A DNA stretch of 64,000 bases from Chrysomallon squamiferum (taxonomy: Eukaryota > Animalia > Mollusca). The first letter of the stretch is position 1; each line of letters opens with the position of its first letter. A model generated the notes under the pieces. It ran no database searches and was not told where the DNA came from. It saw only the letters and a program-made list of their open reading frames with translations. The position numbers were made by a program, and so were the translations under genes. The stretch spans positions 1,054,001 to 1,118,000 of the forward strand of contig CM022669.1 in NCBI GenBank assembly GCA_012295275.1. Reading direction: 5' to 3'. Positions 51,559 to 64,000 of the stretch are shown here, piece by piece.

Positions 51559-51648
51559 CTCCCTTAGTTTAAAATGGACATGCAAGTGCTAGGTGAATTG
51601 GTTGAGATTAAAAAGACAAAACTGACTGAGCTGACAGGGACAAACTAC
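51559..51648 (-). other. Possible downstream exon of the C1GALT1-like gene
   Basis: cgcag acceptor and gtaagt donor on the minus strand; every frame stops within it; no clear C1GALT1 motif. Confidence 0.3.
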
Positions 51649-51739
51649 CTGCGATATTATACATAACATAAAAACAAACAAAAAAAAACCCCAGAAAAAA
51701 ACAAACAAGAAAAAAAAATACCAAAACAACACAACAAGT

Positions 51740-51818
<79 letters not shown>

Positions 51819-52280
51819 TAAATAAGTAAATAAATAAATACACAAATATGAGAAATAACTTATAAGAAATCATTTTTGTGCCACGTAAAAGCATGTTACG
51901 ATAATAAATGTGAGACAAAGCTTTCTTAAGATTTAAAAAAATAAAATAAAATAGGAAAACTAAGAAAATTTAAAACTTTAATTCTGGCAAAGATGATAAG
52001 ATTATATATATATGTAAAAATAAAATCAAATGAAATTCAATATACTACAAAGACTGGGTCTGTAAACACGTTACGATTGGCTGAACGCGTTGAGTCGAGC
52101 TAATCGTGGTCTGATGTTGTATAACAAATATTCCAGTGTGTACATCTGAACACTTGATACGTTGTGAAAGGAAATTAGAGTGCTGCTTAATTTGTTAATG
52201 TCCTGTAAAAAAACAATAATAATAATTTTAAAAAATTCATGATAATAATAATAAATAAATAAATAAAATTAATATATACA

Positions 52281-52512
52281 CAGGGTGGCCCAAAAGTAGG
52301 TTTACAGTTTTTACGTAGGCAATTTATTTTAAAATATAAGCATGTTTCAAGCATTAAACAGAAACTGTTTAATCTCTCAGGTGCTCAAAATGTCCTGCTT
52401 CAACATTGCAACATTCTTCAAACCTCTACATTATGTTAATTGTATTTAGCAAGTAACTTTAAGCATATAAACGATCGTTTAATAACTGTAAACCTACTTT
52501 TGGGCCACCCTG
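52281..52512 (-). mobile_element. Tc1/mariner-superfamily MITE with perfect 29-bp TIRs
   Basis: CAGGGTGGCCCAAAAGTAGGTTTACAGTT at 52281 and its reverse complement at 52484-52512; TA on the right flank; internal minus-strand RFEECCNVEAGHFEHLRD* resembles a transposase C-terminus. Confidence 0.9.
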
Positions 52513-52626
52513 TAGATATATATACGTACGTACATACACGGGTACACATATATGCATACATATGTGCACACATACATACGTCCACATACATATATACACA
52601 CATATTCATGTTTATTTTATAATATA

Positions 52627-53240
52627 CAGTGGTAACTTTACTTAAGAGTTTAATTTGTTCCGTGGCCGAGCTCATTACTCAGTCTGCTCGTATATCAAAT
52701 CAGTTTTCCCAACTGAAATTAATTGAAATACCATTAACCCATTCCAGCCATCCAAAAAACACCCAACCTTTTTGTAACGTGTTTTTAAATAAGAAAAACG
52801 TATTTATAAATAACAAATATTCTATTTAAAACAAAATAAAAGAGAATGTAAAGAAATGAATTGGTTTTGTAAAGTGTATTCGTTTTGGAGATCAGACAAA
52901 TTATTTTAACGCCTTTGGCTGGAGTTGTAGCCTTTGTTGACTCCTTCTGAGTCAGTATGGTACATATCGTAACAGTGCTACGCTAGAACAGCCAAGCCAC
53001 GTTGACTACACACACAGCTCACTCGTGTTTTTCTGTGATATCATGTTTCAGTTCAATGGACATCATCCGCATCTTCTTCTCACCACTTCCTCTGGACTCT
53101 CTTTCTTTGGATCTATGGTCAGAAAAAAGAAATTTGGCAAAATACTGCACAAAACGCGAACACAACACAACAGAGATACTTCCACGGTGAGGTAACCACT
53201 GATGCTGGCCGAATGTTGTGTTGTTCGTTGCGCCAACTAA
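52627..53240 (-). mobile_element. Tigger/pogo deletion derivative
   Basis: TA followed by CAGTGGTAAC... TIR-like end at 52627; minus-strand KKMRMMSIELKHDITEKHE*...STVTICTILTQKESTKATTPAKGVKII resembles a Tigger transposase N-terminal HTH, with stops. Confidence 0.8.
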
Positions 53241-53285
53241 CAATATATATATATTCACACACAAAACTTATACAATAATACTTGC

Positions 53286-54316
53286 CTTTTCTAAAATTAC
53301 TGGATACAGGGAACACATCCATTTTGGTTTATAGTTACATTTGTGGTTTGACATCGTGTAGAAAAGTATTTTTCGTGACTCGTCAGCAGCATTTTGTTCT
53401 TGTATTCCCAAACTCTTCAAGCACTGCTTGATTCTGCTCTGTGACTTTAAACATGTTTTGTCTTCATGCCGTATTTTTCTTAATCGTTGAAGACTTTCTT
53501 TGCTCAAAACATACTGCATCTGTTCTCTGGAATTGTTTACGTTTTCACTTTCACTGACATTGAAACTAAAAAAGATTGCATCTTCAGGATTTTTAACCGA
53601 TAAAATGTTTCTTAAATTTTCCATTATAACGTAGGTTTTGACGTCAACTTTAAGTAACCAATCAGCGTCTTCCACGTGAGTATAGTAAATGTTTAAACGT
53701 CGAAACATATTTTTTTGTTTTTTATTTTTTCTGTTAATAATCTGAAATATGCTAGTGTTCATTCTGGTTATGATGATGTTGTTGCATCGTCGTGCCCACG
53801 TGTTTCTAGCGTGTTCAGCCAGATTCTCGTCTGCTGGTGAAGTCGTTATCCAACACAATACTCTTTGTTGTCTTCCAGGAGCTAAATACAACAAACAAAC
53901 AAGTTACTACTACTACAACTGTTACTATTACCACCACCTCTTTACTGCTAGTCAAAACATCATCAATACTTCAGCTGTTATTTTACACACACACGAAAAC
54001 ACAAATTATCTGTAACTGTCTTTACATGTAACTGTAATTTTGGTAAATGACAAAAAAAAAAAAAAAAAAAAAAAAGAAAACCTATCATAAATAAATATTT
54101 ACCATGATAACTACTGACATCTGAACTGGATCTGGACAGGATCACGTGAGCAATCAGGGACGACTGGATGGAGAAGTAACCCGAACGCTGGGTGGCCTGG
54201 TACGTGGATAGTAGAGAGAAGGTTACATAGATCATACTTCCGATAAAAAATCCAAACAGAAAAGGCATCTGTGGACACGTCGTTCTTTTCTCTGAGTCTT
54301 CCACGTTTTTCTTCAT
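53286..54316 (-). CDS. C1GALT1 (core-1 beta-1,3-galactosyltransferase, GT31)-like protein, catalytically degenerate; exons 54316-54103 and 53881-~53286, 3' end uncertain
   Basis: Type II TM (FLFGFFIGSMIYVTFSLL); phase-1 intron 54102-53882; RVLCWITTSP, TWARRCN, ADWLLKVDVKTYVIMENLR, YVLSKESL and CLKSLGI match C1GALT1 motifs. Confidence 0.75.
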
Positions 54317-54677
54317 ATCTTGATGTTATCCCATTTAACAAACTAAAAAATAAATCAGTATGTCACGTGACTTGCATATCTTTAAACACTAAATTTCACC
54401 TCTCGAAGTCTGAAACACTCCACACTGATAAACAGTTTCAGTTTAATGTAAACTGTATCCCATGAATTTAACAGAGAACAGAAGTCATTCCTATCATTTC
54501 AGCCACATGAAAAGGGGACATTTTACTTTATTCAGTAAATGTCAAGTTTTGATGGGTTTAACTGTACATACATGCAAACATACATTATACATATATACAT
54601 AATACATACATACATACATACGTACATACATGCATACGTACGTACATACATACATACATACATACATACATACATAC

Positions 54678-54708
<31 letters not shown>

Positions 54709-54732
54709 CATACAAGTGAACAATCACTCAGC

Positions 54733-54990
54733 ATCCATTCTGGTGAGAAACCTTTTAAGTGTGAGGTTTGTGCAAAACTTCTCACGGCGTTTAAGTTTAA
54801 AATATCATCTGAAGATCCACGTGGAGAGAATCTGTTCTAAATGTTAAGTTTGTGCAAAATGTTTCTCATAGATTTAGCATCTTAAAACTCAGTCGAAAGT
54901 CCATACTGGTGAGAAATCATTGAGATGTGAAGTTTGTGTAAAATCTTTTTCAGGTAGTTTCAATCTTAAAGGTCACATGGAATTCCATTT
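54733..54990 (+). pseudogene. C2H2 zinc-finger array relic (about 3 fingers)
   Basis: IHSGEKPFKCEVCAK..LKYHLKIH and VHTGEKSLRCEVCVKSFSGSFNLKGHMEFH, with frameshifts and stops. Confidence 0.85.
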
Positions 54991-55059
54991 TGTTGCGGAA
55001 CCTTTAAGAATGATTGACGATAATAAAATATTAAAGTGATAACTTTTTGAATAAAGGAG

Positions 55060-58000
55060 AAACACGTGTACAGTATAAACAGAGTGTACAGTATAAACAG
55101 TATGTACAGTATAAACAGTGTGTACAGTATAAAAATGTGTACAGTATAAACAGAGTGTACAGTGAAAACACGAGTACAGTATAAACAGTATGTACAGTAT
55201 AAACAGTGTGTACAGTGAAAACACGTGTACAGTATAAACAGTATGTACAGTATAAACAGTGTGTACAGTGAAAACACGTGTACAGTATAAACAGTGTGTA
55301 CAGTATAAACACGTGTACAGTATAAACAGAGTGTACAGTATAAACACGTGTACAGTATAAACAGTGTGTACAGTATAAACAGTGTGTACAGTATAAACAG
55401 TATGTACAGTATAAACAGTGTGTACAGTATAAACACGTGTACAGTATAAACAGAGTGTACAGTATAAACACGTGTACAGTATAAACAGTGTGTACAGTAT
55501 AAACAGTGTGTACAGTATAAACAGTGTGTACAGTGAAAACACGTGTACAGTATAAACAGTGTGTACAGTATAAACAGTGTGTACAGTATAAACACGTGTA
55601 CAGTATAAACAGTGTGTACAGTATAAACAGAGTGTACAGTGAAAACACGTGTACAGTATAAACAGTATGTACAGTATAAACAGTATGTACAGTATAAACA
55701 GTGTGTACAGTATAAACACGTGTACAGTGAAAACACGTGTACAGTATAAACAGTGTGTACAGTAAACACGTGTACAGTATAAACAGTGTGTACAGTATAA
55801 ACAGTATGTACAGTATAAACAGTATGTACAGTATAAACAGAGTGTACAGTGAAAACACGTGTACAGTATAAACAGTGTGTACAGTATAAACACGTGTACA
55901 ATATAAACACTGTGTACAGTATAAACAGTGTGTACAGTGAAAACACGTGTACAGTATAAACAGTGTGTACAGTATAAACAGAGTGTACAGTGAAAACACG
56001 TGTACAGTATAAACAGTGTGTACAGTATAAACAGTGTGTACAGTGAAAACACGTGTACATTATAAACAATGTGTACAGTGTAAACACGTGTACAGTGTAA
56101 ACACGTGTACAGTGAAAACACGTGTACAGTATAAACAGTGTGTACAGTGAAAACTCGTGTACAGTATAAACAGTATGTACAGTATAAACAGTGTGTACAG
56201 TATAAACAGTGTGTACAGTATAAACACGTGTACAGTATAAACAGTGTGTACAGTATAAACAGTGTGTACAGTGAAAACACGTGTACAGTATAAACAGTAT
56301 GTACAGTATAAACAGTGTGTACAGTATAAACACGTGTACAGTATAAACAGTGTGTACAGTATAAACAGTGTGTACAGTGAAAACACGTGTACAGTATAAA
56401 CAGTATGTACAGTATAAACAGTGTGTACAGTATAAACACGTGTACAGTATAAACAGTGTGTACAGTATAAACAGTGTGTACAGTGAAAACACGTGTACAG
56501 TATAAACAGTGTGTACAGTATAAACAGTGTGTACAGTGTAAACACGTGTACAGTGTAAACACGTGTACAGTGAAAACACGTGTACAGTATAAACAGTGTG
56601 TACAGTGAAAACACGTGTACAGTATAAACAGTGAGTACAGTGTAAACACGTGTACAGTATAAACAGTATGTACAGTGAAAACACGTGTACAGTATAAACA
56701 GAGTGTACACACGTGTACAGTATAAACAGTATGTACAGTGAAAACACGTGTACAGTATAAACAGTGTGTACAGTGTAAACACGTGTACAGTATAAACAGT
56801 ATGTACAGTATAAACAGTATGTACAGTGAAAACACGTGTACAGTATAAACAGAGTGTACAGTGAAAACACGTGTACAGTATAAACAGTGTGTACAGTGTA
56901 AACACGTGTACAGTATAAAAAGTATGTACAGTATAAACAGTATGTACAGTATAAACAGTGTGTTCAGTGAAACCACGTGTACAGTATAAACAGTGTGTAC
57001 AGTGAAAACACGTGTACAGTATAGTGTGTACGGTACAAACAGTGTGTACAGTATAAACAGTGTGTACAGTGAAAACACGTGTACAGTATAAACAGTGTGT
57101 ACAGTATAAACAGAGTGTACAGTGAAAACACGTGTACAGTATAAACAGTGTGTACAGTATAAACACGTGTACAGTATAAACAGTGTGTACAGTATAAACA
57201 GTGTGTACAGTGAAAACACGTGTACAGTATAAACAATGTGTACAGTGTAAACACGTGTACAGTATAAACAGAGTGTACAGTATAAACAGTGTGTACAGTG
57301 TAAACACGTGTACAGTGAAAACACGTGTACAGTATAAACAGTGTGTACAGTGAAAACTCGTGTACAGTATAAACAGTATGTACAGTATAAACAGTGTGTA
57401 CAGTGAAAACACGTGTACAGTATAAACAGTATGTACAGTATAAACAGTGTGTACAGTATAAACACGTGTACAGTATAAACAGTGTGTACAGTGTGTACAG
57501 TATAAACAGTGTGTACAGTATAAGCACGTGTACAGTATAAACAGTGTGTACAGTATAAACAGTGTGTACAGTATAAACAGTGTGTACAGTGAAAACACGT
57601 GTACAGTATAAACAGTATGTACAGTATAAACAGTGTGTACAGTATAAACACGTGTACAGTATAAACAGTGTGTACAGTATAAAGAGTATGTACAGTGAAA
57701 ACACGTGTACAGTATAAACAGAGTGTACAGTGTAAACACGTGTACAGTATAAACAGTATGTACAGTATAAACAGTATGTACAGTGAAAACACGTGTACAG
57801 TATAAACAGTGTGTACAGTGTAAACACGTGTACAGTATAAACAGTATGTACAGTATAAACAGTATGTACAGTGAAAACACGTGTACAGTATAAACAGAGT
57901 GTACAGTGAAAACACGTGTACAGTATAAACAGTGTGTACAGTGTAAACACGTGTACAGTATAAAAAGTATGTACAGTATAAACAGTATGTACAGTATAAA

Positions 58001-58375
58001 CAGTGTGTTCAGTGAAAACACGTGTACAGTATAAACAGTGTGTACAGTGAAAACACGTGTACAGTGAAAACACGTGTACAGTATAAACAGTTAGTACAGT
58101 ATAAACAGTATGTACAGTATAAACAGTGTGTTCAGTGAAAACACGTGTACAGTATAAACAGTGTGTACAGTGAAAACACGTGTACAGTATAAAAAGTGTG
58201 TTCAGTGAAAACACGTGTACAGTATAAACAGTGTGTACAGTGTAAACACGTGTACGATACAGTGTGTACAGTGTAAACACGTGTACAGTATAAACAGTGT
58301 GTACAGTGTAAACACGTGTACAGTATAACAAGTGTGTTCAGTGAAAACACGTGTACAGTGTAAACACGTGTATAA
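55060..58375. repeat. 3.3-kb satellite of 17-18-bp variant units (tgtacagtataaacagtg / tgtacagtgaaaacacg)
   Basis: Continuous array anchored on TGTACA; explains the long minus-strand pseudo-ORFs. Confidence 0.97.
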
Positions 58376-60131
58376 ACGGACAAATAAAGGTACATAAACA
58401 AATCATTAGACGATGGGAAAGAAGGAGACAGACAGACATATTCTGACTGACACAGAGACGCAACTGAACTCAGTTATAAATGTTATGTGTGTAATACTCA
58501 TTATGATTCATCTCACAGTTTTACATGAACTGTCAATACCAGCTTGCGTAAAACTTGTATTAAATTTGACAACATTGTATATGTTAGAGACGCACATCTA
58601 AATATAATCTACACACACAGACACAGCAGTGCACAGTAACTGGTTAAAATTATGTCAACAGAACACTTTGAAATCCCTGCGTTAAATTTCTATCGAATGT
58701 AGAGTTAGCCTAAATAAATTTGTGAAACATCATTCAGAGTTTTGCTTATATTTTATTCAAACAAATAACTCGGGGCAAAATCAAATATTTCTGTTTAGGT
58801 CTGTCGTTTTGTTTTTGGTTATTTCGGTCTTGTGGTGTTTGTTGGGCGAGCTCGTGCACGATTAAGCCTGTGGGAGTCTGCAGCTTGTTATAACGGGTCC
58901 TGCATTTCAGAAAAAACAACATACACTGTCGTTAACTAATTTGTTTGTTTGTGATGAATGGAATAAATTTAAAAAAATAAAAATCTATTAATAAATAAAT
59001 AATAAATAAATAAATAAATAAATAAATAATCATTACGAATAAACACTAATCCAGGGAGAATTATTTTATTGAAGTGAATACTGTTACATAGGTATGTTTT
59101 TTGAACGAGTCGAAATATAGTTTAAAGGTGAACTGTTTTGTGTTTTCTTTTCTGAGCAATACACACAATTACCACGCATTGTTTAGAGGGTTTTAAACTT
59201 TGTGACACCTGTTGCTTCAAGGCGCACGTTATAATAACTAACTTAAAAAAATATGAGACAAATGATTCAAACGAGATATCTGAGAAGTTTTAACAGGCTC
59301 AAAATAATGTTATGAGAAATGATGATTAATCGCGATGTGCCTATTTCACCAGTCAACTTGTGAGTATTTAGTGCGGTGTCCTCAGCAGTTGTTACTTTTC
59401 TTACTGGGTTAATCCGGCTCTGGGGCCATCCGCACTTGGATCTGCTTCAGTGAACAAACTCGAACGTTCTAGGTTGCTTACCTGTGCAAGTTATATTTGT
59501 TTACATTTCCACATCGTTCTACATCGATCTGAACCCGCTTTGTTACATATCTGCTTTTTCGTGTTGATAATAGCCTACATTTCATACTTTATGCTTAAAC
59601 GGTTCAATTTTAGCAATTTAAAACACCTTTGTGTAATGGATAATTCGAAAAAATAAAAAAAAAAAAAAAAAAGAAAGAAAGAAAGGGAAGACATTATTGA
59701 AAATAAGATAATTAAAAAATAAAAACTAAGGTACATTATAAAGCAAGGCTGTGATTTGAATATTAAATAACTTTACCTTTATTTTTAGCTGTCCAGAAAC
59801 TGCATATTCTGCACACACGTTTAACAGATGAAAACATTTAGTATCCGTATTTCTGCTTACGCACGCAATTTTTATTGAGATGATTTGATACTTGACTGTA
59901 CATGAATAAGATCTTCATGTAAATTCATAGATTCAGTTGTTTCTGCATGAGTGAAAGTTAGATTTAAATGCACATTAAAGCCTCGTGACAAAACGATCAG
60001 ATAAAAAGTTTGCTTGCACTGATACAACATGCTGGTTACTGTGTACATTTTTTATGATTGGGATTATTCTTCAATAAACTTAGCTATAGCTGGAGGAAAG
60101 TAGGTTGAGATACTGAATGAGATATTAGCTA

Positions 60132-60194
<63 letters not shown>

Positions 60195-61637
60195 CGTATA
60201 TAAAAATATTAAAAATACATACATACATGAATGCAAGCACCCATCTGCATGATGCCTACAAAACTATCCTGTCTACTACAATGTTTATCCTCGATAAGTA
60301 GTACAGTCTGTCCTGTTAGAAAGGTGCACGTACTCCATTCACTATGTCAATATATACACGCTGAATAAACTGTACTGACTACGTCACACCTATTGTTTTT
60401 TCAACGTCATACTTATTGTTTTGGTAACGTCATACCTACTGTTTTCACTGTGTCTCTCGCTTGATCAAAACAACGTACTTACCACACGACTGGAGTTAAT
60501 ACGGCGAGTTCAGTAAGATGTTTCACATTCAATCAATTGCATGCAGCAGATGTTTAGTTTGTCCACATCACTGTTAGTAAATACTCCACGTGTAGTACAC
60601 AATCAGGTATTCATACATAGATGCATAGATCAGGGGCGGGTCCAAGAATTTAAGAAGAGAGGGACTCTCACTTTCTATTAATTATTTCTTTTAATGAAGT
60701 TAATCTTATGGCAATCGGGATACATGTATCTTTAGTCATTTTAAGTCTTCAGGTTTTATTTTTCGTATTAGTATTGTAGGAACATATAAACACTGCGGAG
60801 GTTTCAGTAGAGAACCAAATTACTTCTAATGCGAAGCAGTGAAGTGAGACTCCCCTCGCTCAGAGTTGATCTAAGTGAAGTTGTATGTCTCCTCACTGTT
60901 AGGGCAATGATACATATAAGAGTACGACCAAATCTGGTCTTTGCTGCTCAGGTTTAGCGCCAGTAACAGCGAAACGGCCGCAGTTCGGTGTGAAGGGTCT
61001 TAAACTGAAGAAATCATCTCTACAAGCCATGAACATCCTCTTTCATCTATATTTACTATTACTGCTGGGGTGAGGCTGAACAAAGCCGACATTAAGCTTG
61101 GGGAAGTATTCCACGGAACGTACTGTCGGGTGCATGGCACTGCTGCAGCTATCCTAGTAAAGAGACCTGGGACGCCCGAGCCTGGATCGTTTGCGCCATG
61201 TGCTTGAAGAGTTTATCAATGAGCAGAAATAGATTTACTGAATCAATCCATACCCGGTCAACGACGCAGACAACAGCATTTAAAACACTCAACTGAAGAG
61301 AATGTATCGCCACGGGACGTTTTCGAATTTTTCATATAAGACTCTGTTAGTGTCCATAGAAAAAACGATTGTTTAAATAATTAAGTACACAACATCTCAT
61401 GATAATATTGTACAACGATATAAAACATTCATGTAGGAAAAAACAAACGACAAAAATAACACTAATAATGATGACGACGACGACGACGACGACAACAACA
61501 ACAACAATAATAATAAAACAGCACTCTAAAAAGACGATCATCTTTCTGTTGTTTATGTAAGATAAATAAATTTGTTAATTAATATTAATATGATTTTCAT
61601 TCCGTAATGATGTATTGCAACAGAATTCATTAGTCTG

Positions 61638-61687
<50 letters not shown>

Positions 61688-62345
61688 TAAAAATAATAAT
61701 AGTTACAAAAGTTATAATAAAATACAATTTGATAAATAAATAAATAATGGAAAAACACAGACAAAACCCAAAGTGTATAACGTTTTCTGATAATCGGTTA
61801 GAACTCTTAACGACAAAAAAAAAAAAAAAAAAAAAAAAAATAAAATCACACCAACACCAATAATAATTAAAAAAAATAAAGTGTTTCTTTCACTTTCTTA
61901 ATCTTTTTACATAATAATTTGGTGTTTTCAACTTTAAATAGGAAACTAAAATGTATGGTGAGAGACACATATAAAGGCTACCTTATCACAACAATTTGCA
62001 TTATGTTTTAACAAACTTTATCATGAAGACTGTTCGACCTTTCTGCATGTGTTTCGTGTTGTTGTTTAAAATCATTACATGAGACATTTTACTGATTGGT
62101 TTTAATGCTGTTACATAATTTTCAATAAAATCTCTAAACGTAATGTTATCGATACAATAAATTAACTCACAAGCTCACATAAAGAAATTAAGCGTTTGTA
62201 CTGAATTCATAATTATTTAGTTTTTCTAGGGGAAAAAAATAAGAATATAAAAACAAGAATAAGAAAAAAAAAAAAAAAAGGAAAACAAAATTCAACAACC
62301 TACTTCCATGTAGCACTATAAATCATCATTAGATGTTTACAATTA

Positions 62346-62395
62346 ATTTGCATATCTTATGACGTCAACCAATTTTACAAAATGGCTGCGGAAGT
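62346..62395. promoter_or_regulatory. Dense promoter motif cluster
   Basis: ATTTGCAT (62346), TGACGTCA (62360), CCAAT (62369), AAAATGGC (62379), CGGAAGT (62389) within 50 bp. Confidence 0.6.
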
Positions 62396-62526
62396 AAAAT
62401 ACCGTATTTAAAAAATAATAATTATAATAAAAAATATGAACAAAAAAAGACCAATTGACGACAAATAATATTTTACTGGATATTGTTGGAAGTTATTTAT
62501 AGAAGTATATTTTATTTTTATTTATT

Positions 62527-62577
<51 letters not shown>

Positions 62578-63319
62578 GATTCTATGCTAAAGGCAAAAGA
62601 TGGATCTTAGGCCCTAAGTTAGAGGGGTAAAAAAGAAAACTAGAACTGTTCGCTACTGTTCACTACAATATTCAAAGCAGTAGCAAAATTTAGTACAGTA
62701 ATGAAAATGTAATATAATATAACACATATGTATGTGGTTATTACATCTGTAAAGCAACGCATGCAGAATTAATATACACAAAAATAGGCGCGCGTGAACA
62801 CCGACATGCATCCTAACATTCAGGAACACACACACACATATACACACAGGTGGAGACAAGCAAAATGTACAAAGAAAATGACAAAGACGAGAAGTAAAAT
62901 ACATACAGCGTGCTGGATGTTCAGTTTACAGACAACAGATGTTTAGTTAAATGTGACAGGCTTACATAAACTTCTCTTTTTTATTTATTGTTTTTTAAAA
63001 TTTATGTATTCATATATTCGTGTGTGTGTGTGTGTGTGTGTCTACATACATACATATATATATACAAATATACAAACATATGTAATATATATGGACAAAT
63101 ACACACAGACACACACGCACACACAAACACATACAAACACACATGCAAGTCAGTGGTCCATAATCCATAGTCAGCAACACACATACCAAAAATTGTAAAT
63201 ATATCATAAATATAGTCACTCAATATTATAATCATGAATCATAACAGCAAACTGATTTTACATATGATAAGTTTACTGTGTTTTAATAAGGTTATACCTG
63301 TGTACAATCATTGTCTTAA

Positions 63320-63625
63320 TAAGTGTATGTGTTTACAATCCCTGTCTTAATATGTTTACATGTGTTTATTACAATTATTTATCTTAAGTTTACAGATGTT
63401 AACAATCACTGTCTTAGTATGTTTACAGATGTTTACAGTCACTGTCTTAATACATTTACAGATTATTGCAGTCACTGTCTTAATAAGTTTACAGATTATT
63501 ACAGTCACTGTCTTAATAAGTTTACATGTTTACAATTGTCTTAGTAAGTTTACATGTTTACAATCATTGTCTCTGTATTAATAGATGTTTTCAGTCACTG
63601 CCAGTAAGTTTAAAATGTTTTCAGT
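63320..63625. repeat. Degenerate tandem repeat (tttacagtcactgtcttaataag)
   Basis: Direct inspection. Confidence 0.75.
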
Positions 63626-64000
63626 CTCTTTGTTGTATCTCAGTACACTCGTGTTTCACTTAATGAATGGAACTACATGTATCTCACTTTTTATGCTGAG
63701 CTTGTTGTACAAATTCAGGTTATCTGATAAACATTTGTGAACAATTCTCATTTAAAACTCAGTTTGACATTGCGATAAAGACAACAGGTTTAGAAATCGG
63801 CAAAAAAAAAAAAAAAAATTATATATTTGCTTTCTGAATTTGCACCAACTTTTTATTCTCCTTTTTATTCACATGTAAACATATTAAGACAGTGATTGAA
63901 AGCACATAAACTTATTAAGACAATAATTGTAAACAGCTTTAAACTTATTAAAACACAGATTATAAACATATGTAAACTTATCATATGTAAAATCAGGAGC

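Noticed and set aside
53019-53264. 81-aa minus ORF as the last exon of the C1GALT1-like gene
   Set aside because: It translates as a Tigger transposase N-terminus, not a glycosyltransferase.
55060-58375. CRISPR-like array
   Set aside because: No unique spacers, no cas genes, eukaryotic context; it is a tandem satellite.
54966-58401. Long minus-strand ORFs up to 980 aa (YTVHTV/LYCTHC repeats)
   Set aside because: Translations of the 17-18-bp satellite, open in all three frames because that strand rarely forms stops.

Overview
AT-rich animal genomic DNA with GT-AG introns and many micro/minisatellites; a lophotrochozoan such as a mollusc is my inference, not established. Contents: (1) the 3' part of a centlein (CNTLN) gene on +, 25 exons from 412 to 21155; (2) a convergent minus-strand gene (about 1564 aa after adding two small 3' exons I reconstructed) with two divergent Ski/Sno/Dachshund-like domains; (3) a transposon-rich interval holding a Mutator/MULE remnant, a ~330-bp inverted repeat pair, a Tigger remnant and a bounded Gypsy LTR element (ATAG TSD, tRNA-Ala-like PBS) with both a chromodomain and an env-like ORF; (4) an uninterrupted 852-aa ORF fusing a divergent choline/carnitine acyltransferase domain to a bacterial/plant-style type-2 asparaginase/isoaspartyl peptidase, which is the most striking item; (5) a C1GALT1-like gene that has lost its DxD motif; (6) C2H2 zinc-finger relics, a mariner-type MITE, a 3.3-kb satellite and a dense promoter-motif cluster near 62.35 kb. 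All family assignments come from motif recognition by eye; no searches were run.
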